NCBI GenBank assembly: GCA_964016885.1
Contig: OZ024742.1
Coordinates: 356,190,001-356,254,000 of the forward strand
DNA from: Eledone cirrhosa
Taxonomy: Eukaryota
Length of the DNA stretch: 64,000 nucleotides
Direction of reading: 5' to 3'
Shown: positions 1 through 11,836 of the stretch, piece by piece
Layout of the letters: each line of letters starts with the position of its first letter
Numbering within the stretch: position 1 is the stretch's first letter
Made by a program: the position numbers and the translations under genes
The notes under the pieces: model-generated
What the model was told of the DNA's origin: nothing
What the model saw: only the letters and a program-made list of their open reading frames with translations
Database searches by the model: none

Positions 1-724
1 GGCTTGTATAGCTCTCACAAGACATTCGTCAACACCTAGTTTTCTACCAGATAATGGAACGGGGGACTCTGTCGAAGGCTTTCTCCAAGTCAACAAAAGC
101 TAATATAGGGGTTTACTTTTAGCTAGGTACTTCTCCTGTAGTTGTCGTACAATGAAAAGAGCGTCTGTGGTACTTTTGCCTGACACAAACCCGAACTGCA
201 TTTCATCTCGATCAATTCTCTCTCTGATTAGTTGCGCTACTACTTTTTCCGTGACCTTCATGACCTTGTCGATTAATTTAATGCCTCTATAGTTACACCT
301 ATCTAGGGCATCTCCTTTACCCTTGTAACAGGTAATGATGATGCTGCTATGCCAGTCCTTCGGAACAACCCCATTCTGTATGATTGGTTTACTATCCGGG
401 TGACCATGGTGTGTCCCACCGTTCCAGAGGTTTTCAGCATCTCAGCAATTATTTCCGAAGGCCCAGCTGCCTTACCCGTCTTCATATCTTTGATTGCCTT
501 ACTTATTATACTACCTTCGACTAACACTGCTGGTCCCTCTATTGGGTCGATGTGTGGGAGACTGTCTTTCTCCCATTTGTTCTCCTCATTTAGAAGCCTT
601 TCGTAGTGACACTTCCAAGCTACCTTCTTATCAGCGTCAGTGATGGCAAGTATGCCATCATCATTAAGTACACACTTCTCCCCGACAATATCACGGTTTT
701 CCTTGACACATTGCCTAGCAATCC
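1..724 (-). mobile_element. RTE-clade LINE fragment (linker plus RT N-terminal part), degenerate, running off the window
   Basis: Reverse complement is nearly identical to 42055-42755 (IARQCVKENRDIVGEKC...KTGKAAGP..., LEKAFDRVP); contains a frameshift and a 9-bp deletion. Confidence 0.92.
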
Positions 725-806
725 TGTAAACAAACTGACTGCCTGAATTTATGCCGTACGGTGTTAAGTCAACCACGTCACCTTTTTGTTCAACACTGAC
801 ACAGGA

Positions 807-849
807 ACGATGTACTAGTTTCAAGCTTCTTAGCTATCATCAGCACCGT
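807..849 (-). ncRNA. Minimal type I hammerhead ribozyme
   Basis: Minus strand reads ACGGTG-CTGATGA-t AGCT aaga AGCT t-GAAA-CTAG-TA|CATCGT: intact core, stem I ACGGTG/CATCGT, palindromic stem III ACTAGT, GUA cleavage triplet. Confidence 0.8.
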
Positions 850-1050
850 ATACCCTTCTGCCAGATGGTTGAAAGTTCGAAAGTATATACTTTCCTTATG
901 AAAATTAACGGATGAGCAGCCTAATTTGCATATCGAGTGAGTTCAGTCGGCCAGGCGCACCGAAAACGATAAGTTGTAATAAAATGAAAACGAAATTTCA
1001 TTTCTCACTCTATATACTTTCGAACGTTCAACCATCTGGCAGAAGGGTAT

Positions 1051-1093
1051 ACGGTGCTGATGATAGCTAAGAATCTTGAAACTAGTACATCGT
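1051..1093 (+). ncRNA. Minimal type I hammerhead ribozyme
   Basis: ACGGTG-CTGATGA(1057-1063)-tagctaagaatctt-GAAA(1078-1081)-CTAGTA|CATCGT; predicted cleavage after A1087; stem II has one extra mismatch relative to the 807-849 copy. Confidence 0.75.
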
Positions 1094-1240
1094 TCCTGTG
1101 TCAGTGTTGAACAAAATGGTGACGTGGTTGCTTTAACACCGTACAGCATAAATTCAGGCTGTCAGTTTGTTTACAAACCGACAAAGCGGGCGTTATAATA
1201 AACGTCCGTTAAACTGATACGTACATATATGTATGTGTAC

Positions 1241-1293
<53 letters not shown>

Positions 1294-1410
1294 TGCTACT
1301 GTACGTCTGTATACATATATGTATGTACGTATACATACATACTTACATTTAAGTAAGTGCCGTACTAAGAGTGAGAAATGAAATTTCATTTTCATTTTAT
1401 TACAACTTAT

Positions 1411-2095
<685 letters not shown>

Positions 2096-2096
<1 letters not shown>

Positions 2097-2980
2097 AGTA
2101 GAGTAGCTAGAGTCAGAACTGGATGGAAAAGTTCAGAGAGCTTATACCACTATTAGCCGCTAAAGGGTTCTCCCTAAAAATGAGAGGCAGGCTGTATGAT
2201 GCCAGTATACGAACAGCAATGTTGCATGGCAGTGAGACCTGGGCATTGTGTGCAGAGGATATACGCAGACTAGAGAGGAACGAAGCTTGCATGCTCCGCC
2301 GGATGTGTAAACGGCAAAGCATAAACGAACTAAGGGAAGAATTAGAAATAAGAGGAATCAGATGTTGTTTACTCGAGGGAAGGCTACGTTGGTATGGTCA
2401 CGTGATGCGCATGAAAGACGACAGCTGTATAAAAAAGTGCAGGGCAATAAAAATAGACGGTAGCTACGGAGTAGACAGACCCAGAAAAACCTGGGACGAC
2501 CTGATAAATTCCGACCTCACACACTTACACCTCTCCAAGACAATGTCACTGGACCGAGATCTTTGGCACTACACAGTAATAGAGAAGACCCGCCTTACCT
2601 AAATACAAAGTAAAACCTACTACAGTCAGTAGGCACCTCTAACAAAATATACCCCGTCCGACTACCCCCACCCCATCCACACCACCCCTTTCAATGTAAA
2701 GTTATGTTGGTACCACAACATCCAGCCCGAAACAAATGAGGTCGTGTAGGTATCACGACAAAAAAACACAGTCCACGCTGTAAGGTGGCCGTGTAGGTAA
2801 CACGGTAAAAACCTCCGAGTCCCACACTGTAAATGTGGTTGGTGTTAGGAAGGCCATCCAGCCGTAGAAAACCCGCCAGACAGTCCTATGCGAGCAAGAC
2901 AACCACTCTTGCCTCAAGTGGGAAAACTCCCGTCCAAACCCATGCAAGCGTGGAATATGGACGTTAAACGATATGATGAT
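2096..2980 (+). mobile_element. 5'-truncated RTE LINE (ORF C-terminus, 3'UTR, GAT tail)
   Basis: ORF 2123-2602 (FRELIPLL...LHGSETW...RLRWYGHVMR...RPRKTW); 3'UTR matches 43880-44272. Confidence 0.93.
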
Positions 2981-3021
2981 ACGATATTAACAAATGGAAA
3001 CTATATTTATAAAACCATGTT

Positions 3022-3086
3022 TATTTCATTATACATATTTCAAGGACACCAAGTTAAATTATGGTGTTCTTTCATCAGATAAAATA
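3022..3086 (-). ncRNA. Type I hammerhead ribozyme (long stem II, minimal stem III)
   Basis: Minus strand reads TATTTTAT-CTGATGA-AAGaACACCA taatttaact TGGTGTcCTT-GAAA-TATGTA-TA|ATGAAATA. Confidence 0.78.
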
Positions 3087-3238
3087 TAATATAGACCAGT
3101 TTTATAAATAAATATTGACATACCTTTAAAGAATGCGAACATTACTGTTGGAAGCTCCCGGATAGTAATGGTTGCAATAGTAATGGTGGCATTCGTTAAG
3201 GGTATGTCAATATTTATTCATAAAACTGCTCTATATTA

Positions 3239-3303
3239 TATTTTATCTGATGAAAGCACACCATAATTTAACTTGGTGTCCTTGAAATATGTATAATGAA
3301 ATA
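3239..3303 (+). ncRNA. Type I hammerhead ribozyme (long stem II, minimal stem III)
   Basis: Stem I TATTTTAT/ATGAAATA (8 bp, one GU); CTGATGA 3247-3253; stem II AAG..CACCA/TGGTG..CTT; GAAA 3284-3287; stem III ATA-tg-TAT; AUA triplet with cleavage after A3295. Confidence 0.78.
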
Positions 3304-3389
3304 AATATGGTTTTATAAATTTAGTTTCCATTTGTTAATATCGTATTTTTACTCCAATCGCTAAAGTTGAGTGCAGATGTGGTACCTCC

Positions 3390-3830
3390 GTGATCTTATC
3401 TGCCAGCTCGGCGAGTTCTTCGATGGTGGTGGACTCCCTGGTGGATGCTAGTACAACTTGTGTGGAGGTACCAAATCTGCACTCAACTTTAGCGAATGTG
3501 ACGCCAGCCGTGCCTTCCACCAATCCATTCCTTCAGCGCTCCAGTGCCACAGAGATGCCCGATCTACACCAGTTACTGGCACAGCAAGACACACAGATAC
3601 AGGCCTTGACGCAACAAATTCAGGCCTTATCACTGGGCAACCCTGCCACGGGTCGATCCAACAGTCGAACTCGCCGATTTGGTGTTCGCTCAAGAAGTTC
3701 CAGCGCATCTCGAGATTCACCAGAAATGTGTTGGTAACACCAAAGATTCGGGAGACGAGCGCAAAAGTGCAGCCATCCCTGTTCATTTGTTTCGAAAACG
3801 AATCAGGGAAACGACACAGCCAGAAACTGA
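3390..3830 (+). pseudogene. gag: Gypsy gag C-terminus; the first ~75 bp are inverted
   Basis: [17 protein letters not shown] zinc knuckle with a premature TAA at 3735-3737; the typical gag peptide VLAS..IEELAELADKI reads on the minus strand at 3390-3463. Confidence 0.8.
3806..3812 (+). promoter_or_regulatory. -1 ribosomal frameshift slippery heptamer G GGA AAC (gag-pol)
   Basis: X XXY YYZ phased in the gag frame (Q-G-N); the -1 frame is the pol frame (G-K-R). Confidence 0.75.
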
Positions 3831-6800
3831 ATGCGACGGACGTTTCTGGCCCTCATAACCAAAGTCGCCTATTTTTCATTCAGGATCGCGTCACAGGCAT
3901 GCGTTTCCTTGTCGTCACCGGTGCTGAAGTGAGCATCATCCCGGTTTCCTGCGTTCCTGGAAAAAGGAGAGAGACACCAGCCTGGCTCCAGGCGGTGAAT
4001 CAGTCACATATTCCGACCTACAGAGAACAGTCCCTGACACTAAATTTGGGGCTACGCCGCACTTTCCAGTGGGTATTCGTTGTGGCTAAGCTGCCAACCC
4101 CTATTTTAGGAGCTGATTTTCTTCAGCACTTCTCGCTTCTAGTGGATCTGAAAAACCAACGACTCGTTGACAACTCCACTGGTCTCGCTTTGCGCGGCAT
4201 AGCCGCTAGGACAGCCACAGTCAGTCCAGTCATTTCACGATCGACAACAACAACCCGGCACAACCACATCATCAACAAATACCCAGACGTAGCTCGACCA
4301 CTATTCAACGCTTGCCTTGTAAAACATGACGTCACACACCACATAAAAACTCACGGCCCACCTGTCGCTGCACGACCTAGACGGCTACCACCAGACCGGC
4401 TGAAGTCCGTCAAACAAGAATTTCAGCACATGCTGGATCACGGCATCATACGTCCGTCCAGCAGCAATTGGTCCTCACACATACACTGTGTACCCAAGAA
4501 GTCGTCGAACGACTGGCGAATCTGTGGCGACTACCGTGCACTAAACAACTGCACCGTTCCTGACTCTTATCAAGTGCCTCATCTACAGGACTTCTCTAGC
4601 TCGCTGCACGGGGCTCGCATGTTTTCGAAGATCGATTTTGTGCGAGCTTACAATCAGATACCCGTTGAGCCCGCAGATATTCTAAAGACCGCAGTCACAA
4701 CACCCTTTGGAATGTTCGAATTTCTGCGTATGCCTTTCGGTTTGCGAAATACAGCGCAGACATTCCAGCGATTCATCGATACAGTCACCAGACGTCTACC
4801 TTTTGTCTACGCATACATTGACGACTTACTGGTGGCCAGCAGCTCCGATGAAGAACATGAGAAACACCTGGATCTCCTATTCACACGTTTGCGTGAATAC
4901 AGAATTGTTATCAACCCCAGCAAATGCGAGTTCGGTGTTGCGTCCCTTCATTTTCTGGGACACATCATTGACAAAGGTGGAATTCGCCAACTTAAGGAGA
5001 AAGTCAAATCCATCATTGATTTTCCACAACCTACATCTCTCCGCAAACTGCGAGAATTTCTTGGCCTGGTAAACTTCTACAGAAGATTTATACTCCACTG
5101 TGCAGAGACAGCCCAACCACTCATAGATTTGCTGCGGCAGCGTACAACCAAAAACGCAAACATCAAGCTCAGCGAAAAAGAATGTACCGCTTTCGCTGAG
5201 TTGAAGAAAATGTTGTCCGAGGCTACAATGCTGAGTTACCCCAAACCTGACGCCCCAATGTGTTTATTGACTGATGCATCCGATTTCGGAGTTGGAGGTG
5301 TGCTTCAACAACTCTCTGGCGATATGTGGCGACCTGTATCCTTTTTCTCTAAGCGATTAAAACCCGCCAAAACTAAGTACAGCACATTCAGTCGTGAATT
5401 ATTGGCAGCATACCTTGCTGTCAAGCATTTTCGACACATGCTAGAAGGTCGTGTGTTCTCTATATACACCGACCACAAACCACTAGTGTACGCGTTCAGT
5501 GCCAAGCCTGACCGACATTCACCCAGGGAGGTCCGACATCTGGACTTCATTTCTCAGTACACTACTATATTCGGTACATTAAGGGTTCCACCAATTCAGC
5601 AGCTGATGCCCTATCGCGCATGGAGCTTAACGCAATCCACACCACTGCCACTATCGACCTCCAGAGGATTGCAGCGGATCAACAGAATGACGAGGAACTG
5701 CTGCAACTCCGGAAATCATCCTTGAAATTGAAGGAATGCCCGCTGTCCTCTTCTTCGGGTTATATTTGGTACGACATCTCCACAGGCCACGAGCGCCCAT
5801 ACGTGCCCCGGAAACATCGACGCGACGTTTTATCGGCACTGCATTCTCTGGCACATCCTGGCGTCCGCGCCACGCAGAAACTGATGGTTGCCCGCTTTGT
5901 GTGGCCCAACATCAACAAGGACACCCGCGAATGGGCTAGGAACTGCATCGCGTGCCAGAAGGCGAAAATTCACCGGCACATCAAAGCCCCGATCGGTTCT
6001 TTCCCAACACCTGATGCACGATTCCAACATGTGCATATAGACATCGTTGGACCTTTGCCCCCTTCTCACAACTACACTCATCTTCTCACCTGTGTCGACC
6101 GATTTTCTCGCTGGCCAGAAGCTTTTCCCCTGACGGATACTACTGCGGAAACTGTCGCCAAAACGCTAGTGTTTCACTGGGTTTCGCGTTTCGGCACACC
6201 CGTGACCATCATTACGGATAGAGGACGTCAGTTCGATTCGCACCTATTTACCGAGCTAACTCGTCTCCTCGGGTGCAAACACATCCGTACAACAGCGTAT
6301 CACCCTGCCGCTAACGGCATGGTAGAACGCTTACACCGCCAGCTAAAATCATCTATCAAGGCTTACGAAGACTCTACTAACTGGTTCGAATACCTCCCAC
6401 TCATTCTTCTTGGTATTCGTTCCACTGTTAAGGAGGGAGTCGGACATTCTCCGGCTGAAATGGTGTGTGGCACCGTACTCACTCTACCCGGACAAATGAT
6501 TGCTCCTGTTTCGCCACAAGAACTTCCAGACCCTACAAAATATGTGCACCGTTTACGGTCATCGATGTCGCATCTGTCTCCTTCAGCCCCCAAACAACAG
6601 CACGTTACTTCACACATACCAAAAGACATCGATACATGGACGCATGTTTTCGTTAGAAATGACGGTATTCCATCGCAATTTCGTCCGCCGTATTCCGGGC
6701 CCTATAAGGTGATACAGAAATGCCCTAAGTATTTCGTCCACGACTTGAACGGGAAACGAAATACAGTCTCCATTGATCGTTTAAAAAAAGCGTTCATAGA

Positions 6801-6921
6801 ACAGGAATTGCCACCAGTACCCACCGTTTCTCCAGCAGACTCACCAACAACTTTGCCCGACACACCAAATCTGGAAGAACAGTCCGATGGCCCACGCGAT
6901 ACATACAAGTTTATCGGGTAA
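3806..6921 (+). pseudogene. pol: Gypsy pol: protease, reverse transcriptase, RNase H, integrase
   Basis: [10 protein letters not shown] (catalytic DTG mutated to VTG); [20 protein letters not shown]; TDAS..., YTDHKPL; frameshift near 5570 (IRYIKG..N.AADALSR); [41 protein letters not shown]. Confidence 0.93.
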
Positions 6922-7319
6922 GTACAAATTATGCATCTGGTCGACATTTCGGCTAATTTGTACATTTCAACGAATCGGCCAATTTCTGTGGTCATGAACT
7001 ATTGCTACACACAAATCAATTAACTCTGTGCATCACCCACATCAAAAGAACAGACAAAAGAATATTTTTCCGTTTCTATGAAATGCATGAACTTTTAATC
7101 AACAAACTTTTCGTACGAACATTTTCAATTTTATGTAACATCACAGTACATTTTCCTGCATGTAAATTTCTTTTGCTTTGCATGTTTTCTTTCATTTCTC
7201 CAGTTTGTAAATGACTTTCATGTGTTTATTATTTTTACTGATTTTCTTCAACAACACACCTAGTCATACCTATCTTCATTTCATATGCACCTAGATCGTT
7301 CAATCTTAGCTTTCTCACT

Positions 7320-7800
7320 GGGCGAATCACTCGAAACCGAATCTGAGCTTTCCCGCCTCTGGTAAAGCCGTGGTAACTTGTTTACGCTCAAGAGACTAAC
7401 CCCTTGGGAGAGGCTAAACACAGGTCAGAGGTGTTTACGCCTGACAGAAAATAGGTCAGAGGATATATCCATCTTTCTGACTTGTTTACGCTTGGCAAAC
7501 TAATCCCTTGGGAGACTAACCAAAGTTCAGAGGATATATCTATCCTTCTAACTTCAACTCTTATAAATACAGGGAATGTTTACGCCTCGAGTAGAAAAGA
7601 AGTGAGATACAGACAAAACAAGTCGTTTTTACAAGCTCTCGTCACGAAAAACCAGTCTGCCACTTATTCTCACCTTCCTGGCTGATCGCTGACTCCTGCA
7701 ATACAAATAAGTAAATATACTGATACGCCACACACACGCATTCATAGTGAGTCCAGCATTTTACACGCCCCATTCATTTCTGTTTACACATATTATAATC
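7320..7800 (+). repeat. Probable partial 3' LTR
   Basis: Follows the Gypsy 3'UTR; short internal duplications, 5x TGTTTAC and TATAAATA at ~7562; PPT and TG start not seen; no 5' LTR available for comparison. Confidence 0.4.
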
Positions 7801-8023
7801 GTATTCTGTGATACTTGAATTTACGTGGCTCAAAGAGCGACCAAATTATTGTATGAATATTTTGTGTCAATTATTTTATCATTCAATATTCAAATTGAAT
7901 ATTGTTGTAATAAAATAAACTTTGTAACAACACAATCCTGGTATTTTTCTTTACATCGAAACCACCATACCAACAGTTACATCCATCCATCCACTTATCG
8001 TTACAACCACACATAATATTCCG

Positions 8024-8028
<5 letters not shown>

Positions 8029-8103
<75 letters not shown>

Positions 8104-8440
8104 GCCCACATACATATTATGTCTGTATGATGACCATAATATATATGTACCCACATACATTATGTCTGTGTGATGTCCATAATATATATGTGCCCTCACA
8201 CATATTATATCTGTCTGATGTCCATGATATATTTGTGCCCACATACATATTATATCTGTGTGATATCCATAATATATATTTACCCACATACACTATGTCT
8301 GTATGATGACCATAATATATATGTGCCCTCACATACATTATGTCTGTGTGATGGCCATGATATCTATGTGCCCACATACATTATATCTGTATGGTGTCCA
8401 TGACATATATGTGCCCACATACATTATGTCTGTGTGATGA
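8029..8440. repeat. (TA)n followed by a ~42-44-bp minisatellite (ATATATGTGCCCACATACATATTATGTCTGTGTGATGTCCATA), ~8 copies
   Basis: Direct inspection. Confidence 0.88.
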
Positions 8441-9341
8441 CACTTGAGAATTAAGATAACATTTCTTTCAACTGAAAGCTTCAAGTGGCAGAATGCATCA
8501 AATTTTCTTAGTGAAAATATTTCATTTTAGCTTTGAATAAAAATTAGCTCCACAACAGAATAATTAAGATATAGTTCCAATCTGCCGTGTACAGGTAATT
8601 GAATCTAATAAAGTAGGATTACAATACTGTATCTGTGTATAACAGAACAGCCTGAATGAAAAACTGATATGGAGAGAGAGAGCATCAATTATTTAGAAAG
8701 TCAAAGCCACTGTAACATTCACCAGTTCCAGATATGTTAAGTAGCTCTTGAAGAAGCTTTGTGTGCAAATACTACAGTAGCTAATGAGACAAATTAAAAA
8801 CTATAACACCCTTGACAATTTCAACATCTTCGTCACATGTAATTTTTGGCATATATAACTTTTTTTATTAATCTTTACTTTATTAACACTGAATCCCCAA
8901 ACTCATTTATAGTTGTTTTCTATTATCTTGCATAAACTAATATCTAATTAGTACCAACTGATACAAGTAATTATTACTATCAAGATATTCTTATTAGGAA
9001 TAGCAACCAAGTTGCCACACACACACATAACACCTATCATATTAAGAGGAAAAACACATTAATAATGGTGTCTTTATGCGCTGTCTTACAAAAGAAAACA
9101 TATGGCAATGTCAGGACTTCAACAGTTTTATAATAGTTAAATATGATCAGTACAGACATGTGCTTAAAGTACATCTACATAGTTGTTTCCTATTGTTTTT
9201 GTAATAATCATATTTTCATGATATTCATTTTTAATGTTTGTCACATATTCTTCCTACATATCTCTATGATGTTGTGATTAAAACATGGACATATATAAGA
9301 ATCCAGCTTCTATAATTTGCGGCAAAAGTAAGAGAGTACAT

Positions 9342-9383
9342 GGCTCTGATGGATGCCAACCAGCGTGAAACAGACTGTCAGCT
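9342..9383 (+). ncRNA. Hammerhead ribozyme-like motif with an A9G core change (probably inactive)
   Basis: GGCT-CTGATGG-ATGC caacca GCGT-GAAA-CAG a CTG-TC|AGCT: all three stems and a GUC triplet are present. Confidence 0.62.
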
Positions 9384-9489
9384 TCTCTCCCTTCTTTCGC
9401 TGAAAAGAAGTGACATAGTCACTATTTTAAAACTGAGTGCGTATGGTCTTCTAAAAGTTTTTAATTAAACAGACGGTATATTGCCAAAT

Positions 9490-10092
9490 ATACGAAGCCT
9501 GCATGCTCCGATGGAAGCGTAATAGTAATATACAGGAACGGCAAAGCATAACCAAATTGAGAGAGTGACTGAGGATAAGAGGAATCAAATACTGTATGCA
9601 GGAGAGGCGGTAGCATTGGTATGGACATGTGATGTGTATGAAGGATGACAGCTGCATAAAAATGTGTAGAGCACTAGAAGTCGATGGAAACCGCGGAGTG
9701 GGAGACCCAAGAAGACCTGGGACGAGGTGATAAAAGCCAACCTTGCCTAATTAATCCTCTCAAAGGTGATGACCCGTGACCTCTGGCGTCTTGCAGTAAT
9801 ACAGAAGACACCCCCCTCCCCATGGGTACAAGCCAAAGCTGAAGCATATAGACAATATGCCCCTACACACTCCCACTGCAAAGTGGTCATGGAGGTGCCA
9901 CGGCAAAAAAGCACCCAGCCCACACTGTAAATGAGGTTGGTGTTAGGAAGAGTATCCAGCTGTAGAAATGAAGCCAGAATCAGTTCCCGTATAAGCAAGG
10001 CATGGTCAGTCGACCGGCTACTGCCCACAACAGGACAACCTGTCTAACCCATGCTAGCGTGGAAGAACGGATATAAAACGGTGATGATGATA
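9490..10092 (+). mobile_element. RTE LINE 3' fragment (same subfamily as 26.6-29.9 kb)
   Basis: Matches 29290-29933, including the GAT tail. Confidence 0.9.
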
Positions 10093-10204
10093 CTATACAT
10101 ACATTCATGTATACATCGCTATTTCAGAGCACCAATACTAATACATCATTTTTGCTGGACCGGCAATCGCTCTGTATAATCAGCTCCTGATTATTACTGG
10201 AATT

Positions 10205-10297
10205 CTATAAGAATCCACCTTCTATAATTTTCGGTGGAAGCAGAGGAGTACATGGTTCTGATGAACACCAACCAGCATGAAACATGGACATATATAT
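10205..10297 (+). repeat. Paralog of the 9280-9383 hammerhead-bearing repeat, truncated after GAAAC
   Basis: Shares TAAGAATCCA.CTTCTATAATTT...GAGTACATGG.TCTGATG and CAACCAGC.TGAAAC; the core CTGATGA is intact here. Confidence 0.6.
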
Positions 10298-10594
10298 TTT
10301 TATATGGTTAACTAGGGGCTTAACCCTACGATGGATTGATGTTTTATCCAGTCTTGTACTCTTAGTTGCTTCACATGGAATCCAAGATAACCACCGGCCT
10401 GAAGAACTCCCAAGCTCAAGACATACTTTAGACTTTTTATAATATATTGTCCAACAATAATTGAACAAATCAATGAGGCTTGATGATTTTAAGGTTTAAA
10501 AATCTGAATGGATTTAAAATTACTTGAATAATTTTCATATTTTTCTTTCTCCATTGCCCATCTATTAATACGTAAACATAGATTCCATCTAGAC

Positions 10595-10896
10595 CAGGGG
10601 CATGCAATAGGCGGCTCATGTGCCACATCTGGCCTGCCAGACCAGTCAGTGGCTCATCATGATCCTTTTTTATTTTTACCTTGTAGGCTTATTTAGAATT
10701 TTTTTCGTAACCGTAATATAATTTTCCTATACTAAAGGGCTTCACTGATAGGGATATGTGTGTTATAATTTCCCAGTTCCATGTTATGAAAAGTTGTGTT
10801 GAATCTTTGGAATAGTGCTTAATAAATATTAATGGCCCTAATAGTTGTTTCAATGTTTAAAAGTGGCCTGTCAATGGAATATGTTGCACACCCCTG
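10595..10896. mobile_element. hAT (Charlie-type) MITE
   Basis: TIRs CAGGGGCATGCAA / TTGCACACCCCTG; 8-bp flanks ATCTAGAC / GTCTAGGC. Confidence 0.8.
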
Positions 10897-11004
10897 GTCT
10901 AGGCCATCCTATTTCCTCACAAATAGATTAAAATTATGCTACTATAGTTTAACAATTTAGCATTTACATTACTCTATATTCACAATTGTAATTTCCCAGA
11001 GAAG

Positions 11005-11137
11005 GCTTTATCTCACATAGTACTGAATCTATGAGATTTTCATATTTAATTTGAGAACAATACTACAACTGGTTTGAATAGAAAAAGGTGAAATAATTCT
11101 GGCTGGACATGGCCGGTTTAAATGTTAAAGGATTTAA
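11005..11137 (-). mobile_element. piggyBac-like MITE end; related copy at 20807-20955
   Basis: Inverted homolog of TTAA-CCCTTTAGCATTTAAACTGGTCATATTCGGCCAGAATT. Confidence 0.5.
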
Positions 11138-11141
11138 TAAA

Positions 11142-11232
11142 ATAATTGTTTCTACTTTTGGCACAAGGCCAGCAATTACCCAGTACATTATGGTACTTTA
11201 TTTTCTCGACCCCCATAAGAATGAAAGGCAAT
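11142..11232 (-). mobile_element. SINE family 2 (Meta-domain-like), 3' fragment
   Basis: Reverse complement of GCCTTTCATCC..GGGGTCGATAAAATAAAGTACCA...GCCAAAAGTAGAAACAATTAT. Confidence 0.8.
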
Positions 11233-11699
11233 AGCCATAAAGGCTAGAAAGAATGGCGCCAACACTCTATCAATATGACATATAAAAAAGTATTGTTTAA
11301 CCTTTATGATACCAAACCAATGCTTTTAATAAAAGTTTTATACCCCAAGCTCCACAAAAACAATATATACCACAGTGCAGCAGTTCATTGTGTCAATAAA
11401 CATCAGTTAATTATTTCATTCACAGTTGTATAAATAATATTACAAATACATAAATAACATGACAAATATCTCACAATTCTTTCAGAATAACATTATATAT
11501 AATATTGTTGATAAATACAAATATAAACACATAACAAATACAATTAACTATATGTACCAAAATATCTGACCAGAGGGAGAGAAAGAAGAAAAACGAAAAA
11601 AAAAACCCAAAAAACATCAGTTTGTATCAGAAAGAGTATCTGGTCATTAAATATCGCCTCAATATGTATTGTCCAATTCATGGCAGCTTGGAATATCAG

Positions 11700-11836
11700 G
11701 GTGGTGATGATATGATGGTGGTGGAGATATGATGATGGTAATGATATAGTGGTGGTGATGGTATGATGTTGATGATGGTATGCTGATGGTATGGTGATAT
11801 AGTGATGATATGATGGTGATTATATAATGATGATGA
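11700..11836. repeat. (GAT/GGT)n low-complexity tract
   Basis: Direct inspection. Confidence 0.8.

Larger units (their letters stand above)
725..1410. mobile_element. Non-coding foldback element with nested inverted repeats and hammerhead ribozymes (Penelope pLTR- or retrozyme-like)
   Basis: 165-bp inverted arms 725-889/1011-1175; second 43-bp inverted pair 969-1011/1368-1410; one hammerhead motif in each long arm. Confidence 0.75.
2979..3346. mobile_element. 368-bp foldback hairpin element with a hammerhead ribozyme in each arm
   Basis: 151-bp inverted arms 2979-3129/3196-3346; the spacer is also partly self-complementary (CATTACTGTTG/CAATAGTAATG). Confidence 0.8.
3359..7800 (+). mobile_element. 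Gypsy/Ty3 LTR retrotransposon, 5'-truncated and degenerate
   Basis: Domain order gag-PR-RT-RNaseH-IN with a GPY/F motif; no 5' LTR; 3' boundary approximate. Confidence 0.93.

Noticed and set aside
303-824. 173-aa ORF with a novel N-terminus
   Set aside because: Chance read-through from the foldback element into the RTE fragment
3458-3805. 5' extension of the 755-aa pol ORF
   Set aside because: Overlaps gag in another frame; pol is better explained as starting at the GGGAAAC frameshift
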